Positions 26,293 through 42,439 of a DNA stretch of 64,000 nucleotides are shown one piece after another (position 1 is the stretch's first letter; each line of letters opens with the position of its first letter). The DNA is from the human T2T-CHM13v2.0 reference genome, Homo sapiens: NCBI RefSeq assembly GCF_009914755.1, contig NC_060937.1; one strand, 5' to 3'. Position numbers and translations under genes: made by a program. The notes below the pieces were generated by a model, which made no database searches, was not told the DNA's origin, and was given only the letters and a program-made list of their open reading frames with translations.

Positions 26293-27559
26293 ATTTCAAT
26301 TCACTGAACATAAAAATACTACTCCATAAATTTATAAGCATTTTATTTCTAAACATATCAGAAACAAGTCATGCTCAAAAGTAGAAAATTACTAATAACA
26401 GAATTGTCTACAATCTATTTATATCTGTCTAGATTATCATTTGTATGTGGGTAATGTTCCAGCTTTTAGTTCAGAAATTCAAACTTTCTTAATAATTTCC
26501 AAAGTGGGGTTTGACCATATCCTCTGGAATTTACACATTTAGCCTATTATAGTTAAATATACATTTTCATTGGTTTCTACAAAGATTTTTTTCCCCATAT
26601 ATATCTTCAGATTAAATGGAGATTTTCATTCGCATCTTAAATGACTATGTGCCTAGTTATGATTAAAATTATTTGTTTCAGAAATTACATATGTATGTGT
26701 GTGTGTTCAAAAGTAGTCTCATATGCATGCAAATTCATTTGTTCAATTGATTTCTGGAAGACATGATGTTATGCTCCAAATGTTTGCAGGTGCAAATATT
26801 TAAAAGATCACAATTACAAGAATTGATCATAGTCAGTTACACACAGCTGCAAATAATTATATGGTTAGCCTTTCATTTATATCAGCTCCTAAAGAGCTAA
26901 GAGCATATAAGTAGAAGAATCTTGTGATCATGATGTATCGATACAAAAACATTTAGATAATGCTTCCATTTTAAATAATGTCTTTATATGGGTAAACACA
27001 ATTGATTACAATGAAGTATATGCCACTGGAAATACTGCCATCATCTCTTTCTCTGATTGGCTGTTTCAAACCCTTGCTGTATTCAACTATTGTTTAATCT
27101 CTCTATTCTTACTCTCTTGGTAACATTGTCATCCAAGGAGTGAGCTGTCTGTGGGGCTCTCTATTTCCTCTCAAGATCCTGACTGGCTCATAAGACTTCC
27201 CTCTGATAATCAGAAGTAGAACTCACCTATTGTTTTGATACCACTGACCTTTTGAGTTTACTGCCGAACTTCTGTTTCCTGTCTAAAGGAAAGTCCTGTG
27301 TTCATTTTTTGGGCAAATGCGTGAATACTGAATGACAGGTGCCATGTCACCCTTTTCCCCAGGGACATTCCTCAGCAACTCTTGTAAAACATTTCAGTCC
27401 AGAATCATATAATTACAGTTTCATACACACATTAAATTTTCTGACATTATTTACTAGCTGAGGAGAGGAGTGTTATCTCTTAGAAGATTGTTTCAACTAT
27501 ACTCTTGACCTTAAGATTGAAAGTAGCATTGCCCACTTTGGTAAACTTCTAGAATACTT

Positions 27560-28020
27560 ATCTCAGTTTTATATGGATGTGTAACAAAGTATGCCAAAGC
27601 TTAAAAATATAATCCTCCTGTTTGATCATTATTTTGTGAGTCAGTACTTTAGGCTGAACTTGGTTTGGCATTTGTTCTGATGGTCGCACTTAGGATAACT
27701 TGTGTGGCTGTGATGCTCTGGTGGCTTGAACTAGGATGAATGACTTGATATGAGCTCACACATGTCTGGGTTGGTCTTGGGTGTGGTCTGGGCTACATAC
27801 TTCAGCAGGCTAGCACAACTTCCTCGCATGTTGGTGAAAGAGATCCAGCCAGCAGCAGAGGAGGGATCACCCCAATGTGTAAGTATGTTTCAAATCTCAG
27901 CTTGCATTATGATTGGTAATGTCTAGTTGATCAAAGCATATAATAAAGCCAAGTCAGGTGACCATGTGGGAGGAGACTATACAAGGACAGGGGTACAAGG
28001 AAGCGTTATCTATTACAGTT
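27560..28020 (-). mobile_element. Old MLT1 (H/I/J-like) LTR
   Basis: GTGTAACAAAGTATGCCAAAGCTT...TTTGTGAGTCAG...GTGGGAGGAGACTATACAAGGACAGGGGTACAAGGAAG. Confidence 0.6.
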
Positions 28021-28735
28021 CATTAGCTTATCAGTTTGCCTTATGCTTTCACAAATTCACATTATTTAAGGTGAAACCATCATGCAGCCATAAGCAGGTG
28101 TTTATTAATTTCCCTCTCAATATATTTTTAAATGCATAATATAGTATTGTAAATTATAGGCACAGTTTTGTATAGCAGATACCCAGAAATTATTCATCTT
28201 GTATAGCTGAAAGTATACACCTCCTGAAGAACAACTCCTCAATTCCCCCTTAACCCAGCCCCTGGCAATTGCCATTCTGCTATCAGTTTCTATAAATTTG
28301 ACTATTATAGATGCTTCATATAAGTGGATTTATTAGGTATCACTTTTTCTGGGACTGGTTCATTTTACTTAGCATAATGTTCTCCAGATACATCTATGTT
28401 GTCACAAATGCCAGAGTTTCCTACTTTTTAAGGCAGAATAATATTCTACTGTAGGTTGTTTCCAGATTTTGGCGATTGTGAAGATGCTGCACTGGCAAGT
28501 ATCTCTTTGAGATACTGATTTTAATGATTTGGATGCATATCTAAAAGTGGGATGCTGGAGCACGTGATAACTATATTTAAAAAATTTTTGGATTTTACAA
28601 AAATCCAAAACACATATACTATTTTCCATAGTGGATGTACCACTGCATTTCTACCAACAGTGTAGAAGATTTCCAATTTATCTACATCATCAGTAATACT
28701 TATCTTTTTGTTTTTGTGGTTGTTAATAACCACCC

Positions 28736-30352
<1,617 letters not shown>

Positions 30353-31143
30353 CACTAACAGGTGTGAGGTGATATCACATTATGGTAGTGATTAGTGATG
30401 TTGCACATTTGTTCATATACTTGTTGACCATTTGTATATTTTCTTTGGAGAAATGTCTATTCAGGTACTTTGCCCAGTTTTTAACTGGACTATTTGTTTT
30501 CTTTTTGCTATTGAGTTATATAGGACTTTTGTATATTTTTATAGTAATCCATTTTCAGATATATGGATTGCAAATATTTTCCCCATTTCCCACTTTGCTT
30601 TCTCACGTTGTTGATTGTTTCCTTTACCATGCAGAAGCTTTTTAGTTAGAAGTAGTAGTCCCAGTTGACTACTTTGTTGTTTTGTTTTGTTTTTTGCTTG
30701 TGCTTTTGTCATATCCAAGAAATTATTGCCAAGACCATTGTCATGAAACTTGTCCTCTATGTTTTCTTCTAGTAGTTTTACAGTTTCAAGTCTTACATTT
30801 AAATCTTTAATCCATTTTGAGTTGATTTTTGCGTATGGTGTAAGTTTCAATTTCATTCTCTTGCACGAGGCTATTAATTTTTCCAACACCATTTGTTGAA
30901 AATGCCTAACTTTTGGAGAATTTAACAAGGTCTCACATCTTCCTTTTGGTGTTCTCCAGACAAATGGTATTGTGAAAACACTGAGGCATTGAGTGAGGTT
31001 ATATTTTTTTCTGGGCTGGCACATAGTTACCAAAATCATTTAATTAATATATAAAACTAGAGGGTATCTTTGGCTGTGTACATGGAGAGTAATAACTATG
31101 GTTTAAACTGGCATGACATCAGGTTAACATCACCCATTCCATA

Positions 31144-31440
<297 letters not shown>

Positions 31441-32882
31441 AAAGGTAACATTTTTTATGGAATCTGAGCATGTATATTTTATTCACTAAGCCTCTTTAAA
31501 TCCATGAACAGAGATGACTTGGGTATAGCCTTGTCTAAATGAGTGGTGTCTACATATTTTTATCTTATCCTTCTATTACTAAAGATCACTTTTCAATGTT
31601 TAGATCAATATTAGTACATTTTACTCATATACTTAAGTATTACATAGTATGCAAAAATATTCTAAAACATGATTAAGAGAATATAATTATTACATATTAG
31701 TAATGGTTTTAATACTTTCTTCCTGTGCTATATTGGATTGGCATGCTCATTTGTCACATGTGAAGAAGACCACTGGCCAGACTGTCTCTGACTTTTACCC
31801 CGTTTTGAAGGCCAATGAATAATTCTCCCAGTTTACACAGTGTTTTAAAAATGTATATTAATCTACACATAATCAATAATATATACATAAGTATCTGTAC
31901 TAGTTAACTGCTCAGTTAAGCAGAGGAAATGGTGAGGCTACTCTATTTCTTTTAAATAACTTTGCATTGTTACATTTGAATCCTGGTATTCATTATGTTT
32001 TGATCCCACAAATTAACTGTAGTACTATATTGCTCTCATTACCAGACAATTGTGGCAAACTTACCACAGCTTATGCCTTATAAATACATTTAGCATTAAT
32101 GTAATATTTCCTTAAATATTTTTATAAGTCAGATTACCAATTTAAGCATGTGTTAAACTGCTCAATTTAAAATGGTAAATATGCTGAAACCTTGGCACTT
32201 ATTCCTTCATGACAAATGAAGCTCTTTAGCAGCTACACACAAACCGTTAATAATGTGGAATAGAACTTTTTAACACTGATTAATCCATAGGATTCCAGAG
32301 TATAACAAGGAAGCACTTCATAGATTAATTGTCTTTCACACATGTAACAAGGTGTTGATAAAATAAGTGTGTTTATTTTGCCAGTCTAATTTTTTAAATG
32401 TGGTATTTGCCCAAGTGCAAATGCTTACAACTAAGAGCCCTGTGAAATATGTAAAACTATTCCAATCTTTTCCGATTTGCAGAAGGAAAAAAATGGGCTA
32501 GTCTTGTTCTCAAAGTAGCTGTATTTTTAATATGATTAGTTGTCTCAATTTGCTTCTTCATGGAAGAAACAGCATTATGAGCAGCTGTTTCATTAGAGCA
32601 GCATGTTTGAAAACATAATATATTTTATACCATATTTAATATTCACTTCCCTATCACAGCTTTATCTTAAATTAAAGGAAAACAGTGATGAACAATTGCA
32701 TCAAATATCTTAAATTGCCTTGTAAGAAACTATTGTATTTTGAATAGATTATGTGACTACAAACTAAGTAATCTTTATTCTAATAATAAGAAATTGGGAT
32801 GTAATTTTAACAGGATAAGAGGACAGATGTTTGTAACTTTGGTTTGTTTGTAACTTTATATATTATATAAAATACTTAATAT

Positions 32883-32914
32883 TGAATAAGGTACATATAT
32901 ATGTACCTTATTCA
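32883..32914. repeat. Perfect 32-bp palindrome
   Basis: TGAATAAGGTACATAT|ATATGTACCTTATTCA is its own reverse complement. Confidence 0.97.
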
Positions 32915-33344
32915 TGGTAAAACCAAAAAATAGCTAGCAGTGACCAAAAATTCAAGGCCACTCGTCAATATAAATTTGAAAATGAATAAAAGCACAAATT
33001 AAATTCATTGTATATTTCAATTTATAAATTTCCTATAGGAAGACCAATGCTTTTCTGGGGGCAAGGCAAGCAGATTAAAATAATACTGTTCTAAAATCCA
33101 AAAATTAACTTGTGTAAAGACATCTTAAGCATGAGTATCTTTGTTTGCTGAGCAAATGCATGACCTAATAAACTGAAATTCTACAGTGTAGATTGGGAAT
33201 ATACACAGCATTTTGATTTAGACACTAAAAAATGAAAATGCATAACTAAGATACAATAGTTGTCAAGCGAATTGTGCTCCCATAGTTATGATGAGTTTTT
33301 AACATAATATCAATATAAATTTTTAGAATAGCTATATGGATTTT

Positions 33345-33600
33345 AAATTGTTGCTTTGTGGAGAATTTTTTTTTTGTCAAGAGAGCACTTTTATCTACTC
33401 TTTTAGCAATTTTTAAGCAGATAATATATTGTTTTTAAGACAATAGATTGTTATTATTGTATTTAAGTAGACAATATATTGTTATTAACCATAGTCACCA
33501 TGATATACAACAGATCTCTTGAACTTATTCTTCCAATCTAACTAAAATTTTATGTTATTTGATCAACATCTTCCCAGGCTCCTCACCCCTGGCCTCTACT
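33345..33600 (-). mobile_element. L1MA 3' terminal fragment with short internal tandem duplications
   Basis: ATCTACTCTTTTAGCAATTTT...TTATTAACCATAGTCACCATG...AGATCTCTTGAACTTATTC. Confidence 0.75.
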
Positions 33601-33869
33601 AAATATCACCTAAATGTATTTTGAAGCAAAGCTTTTGATGACTTCATCTTTGGATTTTTTTGCCTTTCTCATTAAAGCAGAGCTGATTTCCTTGTCCATT
33701 CCTCATTTCCTAACTCACAAATAAATTAAAACACTCAACTTTTGGAGTGTTCATAGTAGAATGAGTTTAAGCCATAGGAATCTATGTTGTTGAATGATAT
33801 TACCTTTAAAGTGCCCTCTGATGTTAACAATCTAAGAGAATAATAGTGCTTTCTGTAAGAAAGGTACAA

Positions 33870-34020
33870 CAGTTAACCTCGTTTTACAGATGAAGCAGTT
33901 GAGAAAAAGTAAGCTTGATTAATTTGCTTACAGCTAGAAAGTTTGGAGTTAAGATTTGAATCCAAGAACTAAATTCCAGGGTCCATCCAGAAATCACCAA
34001 TCTAGACAATGCTTTCTTCC
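33870..34020 (-). mobile_element. MIR fragment
   Basis: CCTCGTTTTACAGATGAAGCAGTTGAG...AGATTTGAATCCAAG. Confidence 0.65.
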
Positions 34021-34129
34021 ACTCAGACCACACCACTATTCTAATGTCTGTCTATTTATCAATCAATCATTGTTGTTATTCCTCTTCAATACCACATGTT
34101 AGATTTGAAAAACATTGTCAATTAATTGC

Positions 34130-34965
34130 AGCCATTGTCTTAATTCCTTTGGTGAGAGCCGACAAATTGTTGGTCTCAGATCTTCAACTTTGGGGATCAT
34201 AATTGACCAAACAAATGTCTCTGCTACTGCTTTCTGAAGTCTATAACCTAGTATGCTTTGAGGCCGTGCTTCCCATGGGCTCCCAACCAATGACTAAGCT
34301 TAGCTGGGATACCAAGGCAGGCTTGATTCTGAGGGAGTTAGACTCCTCTAATGGACAGTTTTGGTTCAAAGATCCCCAATTGACTTTATCAAAATTCTGT
34401 GTGATTGCACTTCAGTCTGACTCTTTCATTCAACATTTATTTCCTCTTTTCTTCATAAGGGTAAGGCCTTCATTCTGGTCTGACACCTCTTTTAGTCTCC
34501 TTGGGTTCCCTCCCCATTTTCCTACAGATATTTTTCTTAATAAATTGCTTGATATGGTTTAGTTGTGTCCCCACCCAAGTCTCATCCTGAATTGTAACTC
34601 CCATAATCCCCATGTGTTGTGGTAGGGACCCAGTAGGAGGTAATTAAATCATGGAGTGGGTTTTTCCTGTGCTGTTCTTATGATAGCAATAAGTCTCACG
34701 AGATCTGATGGTTTTATAAAGGGCAGTTCCCCTCCACAGGCTTCCTTGCTTGCACCATGTAAGATGTGCCTTTGCTTCTCCTTCACCTTCTCCCATGATT
34801 GTTAGGACTCCCCAGACATGTGGAACTGTGAGTCCATTAAACCTCTTTTCCTTTATAAATTACCTGGTCTCAGGTATTTCTTCATAGCAGTGTGAAAATG
34901 GACTAATACATTGCTTGAATGTTTAATTCCATATTGGTGTCTGCTTCTTGGAAGGCCTTAAATAA
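34130..34965 (+). mobile_element. LTR16A-like ERVL LTR interrupted by THE1D
   Basis: AATAAATTGCT[THE1D]TGAATGTTTAATTCCATATTGGTGTCTGCTTCTTGGAAGG resembles the LTR16A 3' end. Confidence 0.6.
34550..34910 (+). mobile_element. THE1D-like solo LTR
   Basis: TGATATGGTTT...GGACTAATACA; perfect TSD TTGCT at 34545-34549 and 34911-34915. Confidence 0.93.
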
Positions 34966-36197
34966 TATGCACTCTTATCAGTTTGCCAATAATACAAAGT
35001 GCAATTTTGGTAAAGGAGATAGTAAAGATGTAAAGCTGTGCATGTATATATTAATCACAGAAATCATTGTTCACTTTCCAGTATCACTGCCATCTATTGA
35101 TCCATTTCAGAATCTTATGGAAACCTATTACTTAAAAAGTAATATTTTTAAATAGTTCTCCTTTTTCCATTGACTTAGAAATAGAAATTTCCCTATGTCT
35201 TAAACAAAGTTTATGGTTGAAAAAATAAATTGCATTTTATTTTAAAAATTAGTGTCTTTAGAATATAATTTAATAATTTTATTTAGACTAGAATTAACCA
35301 TTTTTACCTAGTGAATGTATCTTATGTTCACATTATATTTAAGTACATTAAGTCAGCAAGCATTTTTTGTAAATATAATGTATAAAAAGCATGTGTGTAA
35401 AAAGATTAATAAATGAAAAATGAATAAGAAATGTTTCTAATATTCACAGTACTCTCAATATAGTGAATTAGGTGAATTTGTATGTAACTTATGACAGTCT
35501 GTTAGTAAGGATAATGGTGATTGACAAAATAGAAATGAGTAAAGGACTGGAAAAGTTTAAGATGACTATGAATGCAAATATGAAATTATTTCCAAGAAAC
35601 TGTAAGTATGATGAAAGATTACTTTTCTAATTTTCTGTGGAAAGCTTTTAATGGCATGATATTTTAAAAGTTAGAGTTGGTTAGGTTGAAGAAAAATCTT
35701 TAGAAAACGAATCTGCTCAATATCACGATATATTTTTTTCTCAATTAAGGACCTTAATTAAGGAAGCTATGACAAATAGGTGAATGGTCAGAGAATTAAT
35801 CTTTAGCTGAATATTTATGGCCACAAAACTTTCCCAAATGAATCGTCTGCTGATGTATTAATGTTCATCCTTCCTCAAGAGGATAGGATAATTTTTAATA
35901 TATTGCCATACTCTTTAGCCTAGTTCTTCCCTTAGAATGGAAAAGGATAGGCTATTTTAAGGAGCTAAACATGGGGAGACCATTGTTTACAGTATAATGT
36001 TTATTGCAAGCAGTTTTCCTTTTCAAAAGCCTAAATTTTAGTGAATGAAAAGAACATGGAAGAAACATCAGAGAACAGTGGGCAAATATCTATATATAAT
36101 CTTACATGTATCCCTCCAAAAACTCCACCTGATCTACTTCCACCCACAAGACACATATCAAGTGTGTCTCCTCATGAAAACAAGAGACATGAACTCG

Positions 36198-36477
36198 ATA
36201 TATATGTATTATATATTTATATGTAACACGTATTATATAATATATAATATATAGATCATACATATTATATAATATATAATGTATTATATAAAATATATAT
36301 TATCTATAGCACATATTATATATAATATATAATAAATGTTACATATAATATATAATATATATTATATCATATTATATATAATATATTATATTATATATTA
36401 TATAATACATGTATAATATATAATATGTAATATATATTATATAGTACATATATAATGCATATATAATATATATGTAT
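36198..36477. repeat. (TA)n-rich low-complexity tract
   Basis: ~280 bp of almost pure A/T, TATAA/TATAT units. Confidence 0.9.
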
Positions 36478-36478
36478 T

Positions 36479-36775
36479 GGCTGGGCACAGTAGCTCACGC
36501 CTGTAATACCAGCACTTTGAGGCCAAGGTGGGTGGATCACAAGGTCAAGAGATCGAGACCATCCTGGCCAATATGGTGAAACCCTGTCTCTACTGAAAAT
36601 ACAAAAAATTAGCTGGGCGTAGTCGTGCACACCTGTAGTCTAGCAACTCGGGAGGCTGAGGCAGGAGAATTGCTTGAACCAGGGAGGCAGAGGTCACAGG
36701 TTGCAGTGAGCCGAGATCACACCACTGCACTCCAGCCTGGTGATGGAGGGAGACTCCATCTCAAAAAAAAAAAAA
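36479..36775 (+). mobile_element. AluSc-like SINE flanked by TA repeats
   Basis: GATCACAAGGTCAAGAGATCGAGACCATCCTGGCCAA; A-tail. Confidence 0.95.
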
Positions 36776-37115
36776 TTTTATATATATACATATATATATA
36801 TATGTATGTAATTTTCTTACACAAACATTTACAGTAAAAAATTAATTACCAATGAATAATGCATAGACATATTGACAGTTATTCATCTTAGAATAGGGCC
36901 AGTTTTCCAAATGTTATTTTACTCATCTAATTCAAATTGGTCCCCTTCTTATGCATATGATTTTTAAAAATGTAAATGGAGCTAATAGAGAAAATTTGAA
37001 GTTATAGACTATGACCATCTTCTATCACAATTATGCTCATAAGGTCTTGAGCCATCACCCATATTTATAGAAATCCAATTTATCACGATTTTTTCTGAAT
37101 TTGTGGTATACTGGA

Positions 37116-37569
37116 TGCTATTGTTTGGATTTTTGTCCTCTCTAAACCTAATATTGAAATTTGATTCCCAATTTGGCAATGTTGGGAAATGGAGCCTAGT
37201 GCGGGGTGTTTGGGTTATGGAAATAGATCCTTTGAATAGATTAATGCCCTCAGTGAATAGATTAATGTTCACTCACAGGTGAGTAAGCTGTAGCTCTATT
37301 AGTTCCCAGGATAGCTGGTTTTTAAGAACAGCTTGCCAGCTCCCTTCTCTCCCTCTTACTTCCTCTGTCATCACATGATCTCTTTGCAAGGGCTGGTTTC
37401 CTTTCCACTTTTCACAGTGAGTTGAAGCAGCCTGAGGCCCTCATCAGATGCCGATGTCCAATCTTGAACTTTCTAGCAGACTGAATTGTGAGACAAATAA
37501 AACTCTTTTTTAAAATAAACTACCCAGTCTTGGGTATTCTGTTACAGCAACACTAAAAGGACTAAGACA
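37116..37569 (+). mobile_element. MSTB-like solo LTR
   Basis: TGCTATTGTTTGGAT...GGACTAAGACA; near-TSD CTGGA/TTGGA. Confidence 0.85.
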
Positions 37570-39139
37570 TTGGACTATTCACTAAGTTCCACTGTTATTT
37601 ATACAGAAGTTTTCTTCTCACAATATTGTGATTAATTATGTGTGCTCTAAGCTAAAACTCTCATTTTACATTTTTCTGTACTACAGAATAAAAATTAATC
37701 ACATGAGAAAAACAGGGATGAGTCAGAAAATCCCTTTTCTTTATTCTTCTCAAAATGATCCTCCAAAACGTCCCGTTTTTCAAATTCACTATGGAAGCTT
37801 TTTTCTTAATTCTCTAACTAGATATCAAATAGTGAATTGCAAAGGTACTACAGCAGACACATAAAGTGGGTTTAAAGAAAATCTACTGGGAAAATAAAAT
37901 ACTGTCTTCTTGAAGTAAAAAAAAAGTATACCTCTGTAAAATGGGACCACAGCGCGTCTTTTTGTTAATGTTTAAAATAATGAGTATGTTGCACATATTC
38001 CCTTCTCTGGATATATATTTCTACTGCAGAACCCAGCACAACTTATAGAAGGTACATGGAATTCACTTTGAGAAACATAAACCTGACAGCTTTACCTAGT
38101 GGTGTTCTGCCTGCACACATCCTTGAGAAAAGAAAATAAATTTCCCCCATTGCACAACCAATATAATTCTGATTTGTAGAGTAATTTCAAGCTATAAAAT
38201 AAGCTTCTTAGGTAATCATTATCAAATTGTTTAAAAATGTAATATTATCTATGTTTATTTCTGTTTACTACTCATATGAAAACTTCCTGTTTAAACTTAG
38301 GCATATAATATATGCATTTCTATTGGCACTAGTTCATTTTCTCAATGTAGCAGTGATCCATATATATTTCATATTATTCTGCTCTTTTTTTGATTCTGTA
38401 TTTTTCTATTTCATCTTTTCTTACTGGTTTTTCCTTTCCTACGATCTCCTCAGCCCATACTGTTACTTTTTTCTGTCCATCCTTATTTTTTCTCTTTCTT
38501 TCCTTGTTGCTATTTTCCTAGTCATTCTAATTTTTCCTATAATTCCTCATTCTTACCCACATCTTGCATTATTTTCCCCCCAACTTTCCCATTTTTTCTC
38601 TATTCACGTCTTACATATTTCTAGTGACAAGATGATTTCTCTTTTATCAAAGTGTAAGTACCACATTAAAACTCTATTACTGGTAATAGAGTTAATGTGA
38701 AACTACAGATTACCTATAATTTATGACAAAGTAATTCTATGTCTTAGTCACTATAATGAGTTGCCAATTTAATTTAAATATATTAGATATTCACAAAATG
38801 GATACTGAGCTCTTTTTGTGCATTTAGTGCAGAACTGATCATTGCTGAATACTTAAAAAGTCATTCTACAAGACTTTTTATTTTTAGCCTCATAAAGTTA
38901 GTTTGGGTCTTAAACCAGAAGAAGAAAAATCAAGGATGGCAAACACTTCATACTAGATTGCTTTATCTCCTTTCCTTTTTTTAATTCTTAGGAAAAAAAA
39001 TCATTTATTTCAACTATTTTTGATGAGAATAAAGTGATATTAAGATTCTTATGAAGAGATGATAAGATTTTGGTAATAAAGTAAGTTTAACAGGCAGTTC
39101 CTAAATTACCTGTGTAACACTCACTTATGCCTTTTGGGT

Positions 39140-40210
39140 ATTCGTTCATTTGTTCAACACTTAGCATTTGCTAAATGACAAAACTCTATAAGGTACTAGG
39201 GATGCGATGATTAATAAGACATCATTGCTTTTCTTCAAGGGTTTTTAATGTAACTAGGAAGACAGACAAGTGAACAGATAATTATAACATAGTGTGATGC
39301 AGTAATGAGAAGCCACAGGGCTATATGAGCACATAAGAGGTTCTTCTAACCCAGAGTGTTAGAAATTCAGGGAAAACTTCCAAAAGAAATGATGCTTTCA
39401 TTGATTTTTGAAGGATGTTATGCAGTTAATAAGGTAAGGAGATGAAATTATGTAGAGAGGTAAGTAGGGGTAGTGGGAAACTCTCCCAAAAAAAAAAAAA
39501 AAAAGAAAGTTTTCTAAGGCTTAGAATCAACAGAAATTCAGGAAAATATTTATAACAAAAATAGTTCAGTAAGTCTGAGACATGAGTTATGAAATACATA
39601 AGTAAGGGAGGGAGAAAAATAGTGGTGAGATAGAACACTATAAAAGTAACCCCAAACCAGATGTTGAAAGGCCTTGAATGACATCATAAAGAGTTCAGAC
39701 ATCACCCTAAAAATTATGAAAGCCACTGTGGGTTTCTAAACAAAGTAATGCTCTGACAAGATTTGAGACTTTTAAAGGAACAAAAGATGGAGAACGGATT
39801 GCAGAGGTAACATTTAAGGCATAGAGATTAACATGAGGACGTTGCAACAGATTGAATGATGTTATCGATGAGTTCACCTGTTGATTGGTTCACACAATGT
39901 AGGAAAAAATCAAGCATGATTATTCCCTATGATTATGATAGTGGCAATTGCTGGAATTAAGATAGTTTATAAAGGAGGCAGAAGAAAGAGGATATGACTG
40001 TTGCTTGGATGTGGGGATTAGTTAGAAGAAGAATCAAAATAACAAATGAGTCTGCCTTAGGCAACTGGGTGTAGAATAGTGTCCATCATGAGATGAGAAC
40101 AAATTGGCATTGCCTTGGTAAGTGGCATTGGTATAGTATGAGGAGTTCTTTTAGGTTATACGGATTTTTAATGAATCCTTAGGTCTTAGAAGTGGAAACA
40201 TTCAGCAGAG
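39140..40210 (-). mobile_element. L2 LINE fragment
   Basis: TTCGTTCATTTGTTCAACA...; GAAAGGCCTTGAATGACATCATAAAGAGTT...; GCTTGGATGTGGGG. Confidence 0.7.
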
Positions 40211-40289
40211 AATAGCACATGTGTGGCGGGATATTTCATTTGTGTTGTGTTATCACTTTATGTTTCTCATCTTAAGAATCCCCCACCCC

Positions 40290-40625
<336 letters not shown>

Positions 40626-41379
40626 TAATCCCCAACCCCCTTCCAGGGCAAAGTAATTCCCTTGCTTCAGGAAAGATTGCTTTCGGAGTCTAAAGGAAAA
40701 TAGCAAGGTGAGAGGATTATGCTAAGCGTGAGATGAGGTTTGGTGGAAGAATCTAGATCAAGAGAAGGATCCTCAAGATAGGAAAAGTCAGCTGTTCTCA
40801 GATCTTAGTGCAGGTCTGTCTTCTGGTATTACTCTGGGAGCTGCCAGGACATCAGAGGGAAATAATAATATATGTTCCCTAGGAGGCTAGAATTAGTTAC
40901 CAGCTCTGTCACATTCTGTAAAATTTGCATTTCTCAAGAGTGGCAAATAGGCCATTTAACCTCCTGATTCAAAGAACTATTTGGGCTCAGAAAATATACG
41001 TATCAACAACTAACTACTAGGAGTTCTTTCTCTGTTTCCAAATAAATATCTCACATTTTTGTGAGTCCTCAGAAAGATGATCCCTGTACCCCATCATGCA
41101 AACAGCACTCTAAGATTCATGTGGGATGAGCCTCCAGTCTCACTTAAATTGCTTAAAAAAATAACTAAAGCACTAAGATCTCTGTCACACTCCCAAATGT
41201 AGACTAAAATTTATACCCAGTATATATGGGTGTGAGTGTCAGAGAAAAATTTGTACTAAAAAATGACAAATATAGTTTGAGTAAGAAGTGGTAAAACTAG
41301 GCTAAATGAGTGACTAGATTTCAGGATTTTAGATTTCTACTTTTTAAAAAAATTTAGCATAATGAAACTTCCTGGCTAA

Positions 41380-41600
41380 AGCCATCTTAGCACTATGTGT
41401 TTGAATTCCATCTTCATTATTTGTTACCTGTGTAACTTTCGTCGACTTGCTTAATGTTTGTGCCTCACTTTCTTCATTTATAAAATAAGGATAATATCAA
41501 TACCTACCACATAGGGTTGCTGGGAGAATTAAATGAATCCATGTGTGAAAAAAAATTAGGATTGTATCTAGCACAGCACCACCTACATATTCATCATTGC
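41380..41600 (+). mobile_element. MIR
   Basis: TGTGCCTCACTTTCTTCATTTATAAAATAAGGATAATATCAATACCTACCACATAGGGTTGCTGGGAGAATTAAATGA. Confidence 0.8.
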
Positions 41601-42439
41601 AATAAAGAATGTTAAAGCCATTGCTGGTAACTTCTCTGAGTGGAAGACAAGACTTTGCTCACCTGTATCAGGTGATGGATAGTTTCAAAAGAGGGCTTTA
41701 ATTTTCTGAGTAAAATATGCACCTTTCAGGACAAAGCTGAAGCATCCTGACCAATAGGTGGACAAAAGCGGCCATCCACAGTCCTTCCTTTCTGCCTTTT
41801 CTCATACATTGCTCAATCTTTTTTCTAACTAGGTTTAGGACACATTTTTACAGACTATTTCTTTGTGAATTACTAATCTATTCATGCATCCAGCACTATA
41901 CATTCCTCAGCCTTCCGTAACTTCCTCTTACCTGCACTGCAAGCTCTCAAAATGATTCTTATTCCTACAACCTTAGCATTTCTCACACACACAAAAAAAA
42001 TCTCTTACAAAATGACTTAAGATTCACTAGTTTAAATAAACTATCGTGAATAGACATAGACCTTGTTGCCATGACAAAAATGGTTTAAAAAAATAAGTTA
42101 CACAATGAAATTCTGGAACACACCTCATTTGCAAATTGGGGATTTACTGTACAATGTAAGGCAATCAATCCATGTCTCAAAAGATAAACAATGCACTTTA
42201 TCAAATCACTGAGACATCTTAAATAATTGAAATAAAATTCTCACATCATACAATTTTCCTCTTCCTTTCTTTCTTCCCTCCTCCCTTCCTCCCCACTTTG
42301 TTCTTCCTTTTCTCCTTTCCTTTTCCCTTTTTTGGTTTGTTTGTCTTTCACTTACTGTCTTCTTGCTTATTTCATCTTTCTATTTCTGTTTAAATCTAAA
42401 CTGCTATCAATTAAAAAAAAAGACTTTGAAAATAACCTC

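Noticed and set aside
25981-26356. Alu-derived ORFs (also near 29600, 31190, 40360, 45046, 54807, 63319)
   Set aside because: Standard Alu translation artefacts
30539-31039. Longest ORF (166 aa)
   Set aside because: Degenerate L1 ORF2 fragment fused to flanking sequence
38227-38700. 157-aa hydrophobic ORF resembling a membrane protein
   Set aside because: Arises from T-rich low-complexity DNA (F/L/I/S codons), begins at TTG, no recognisable family
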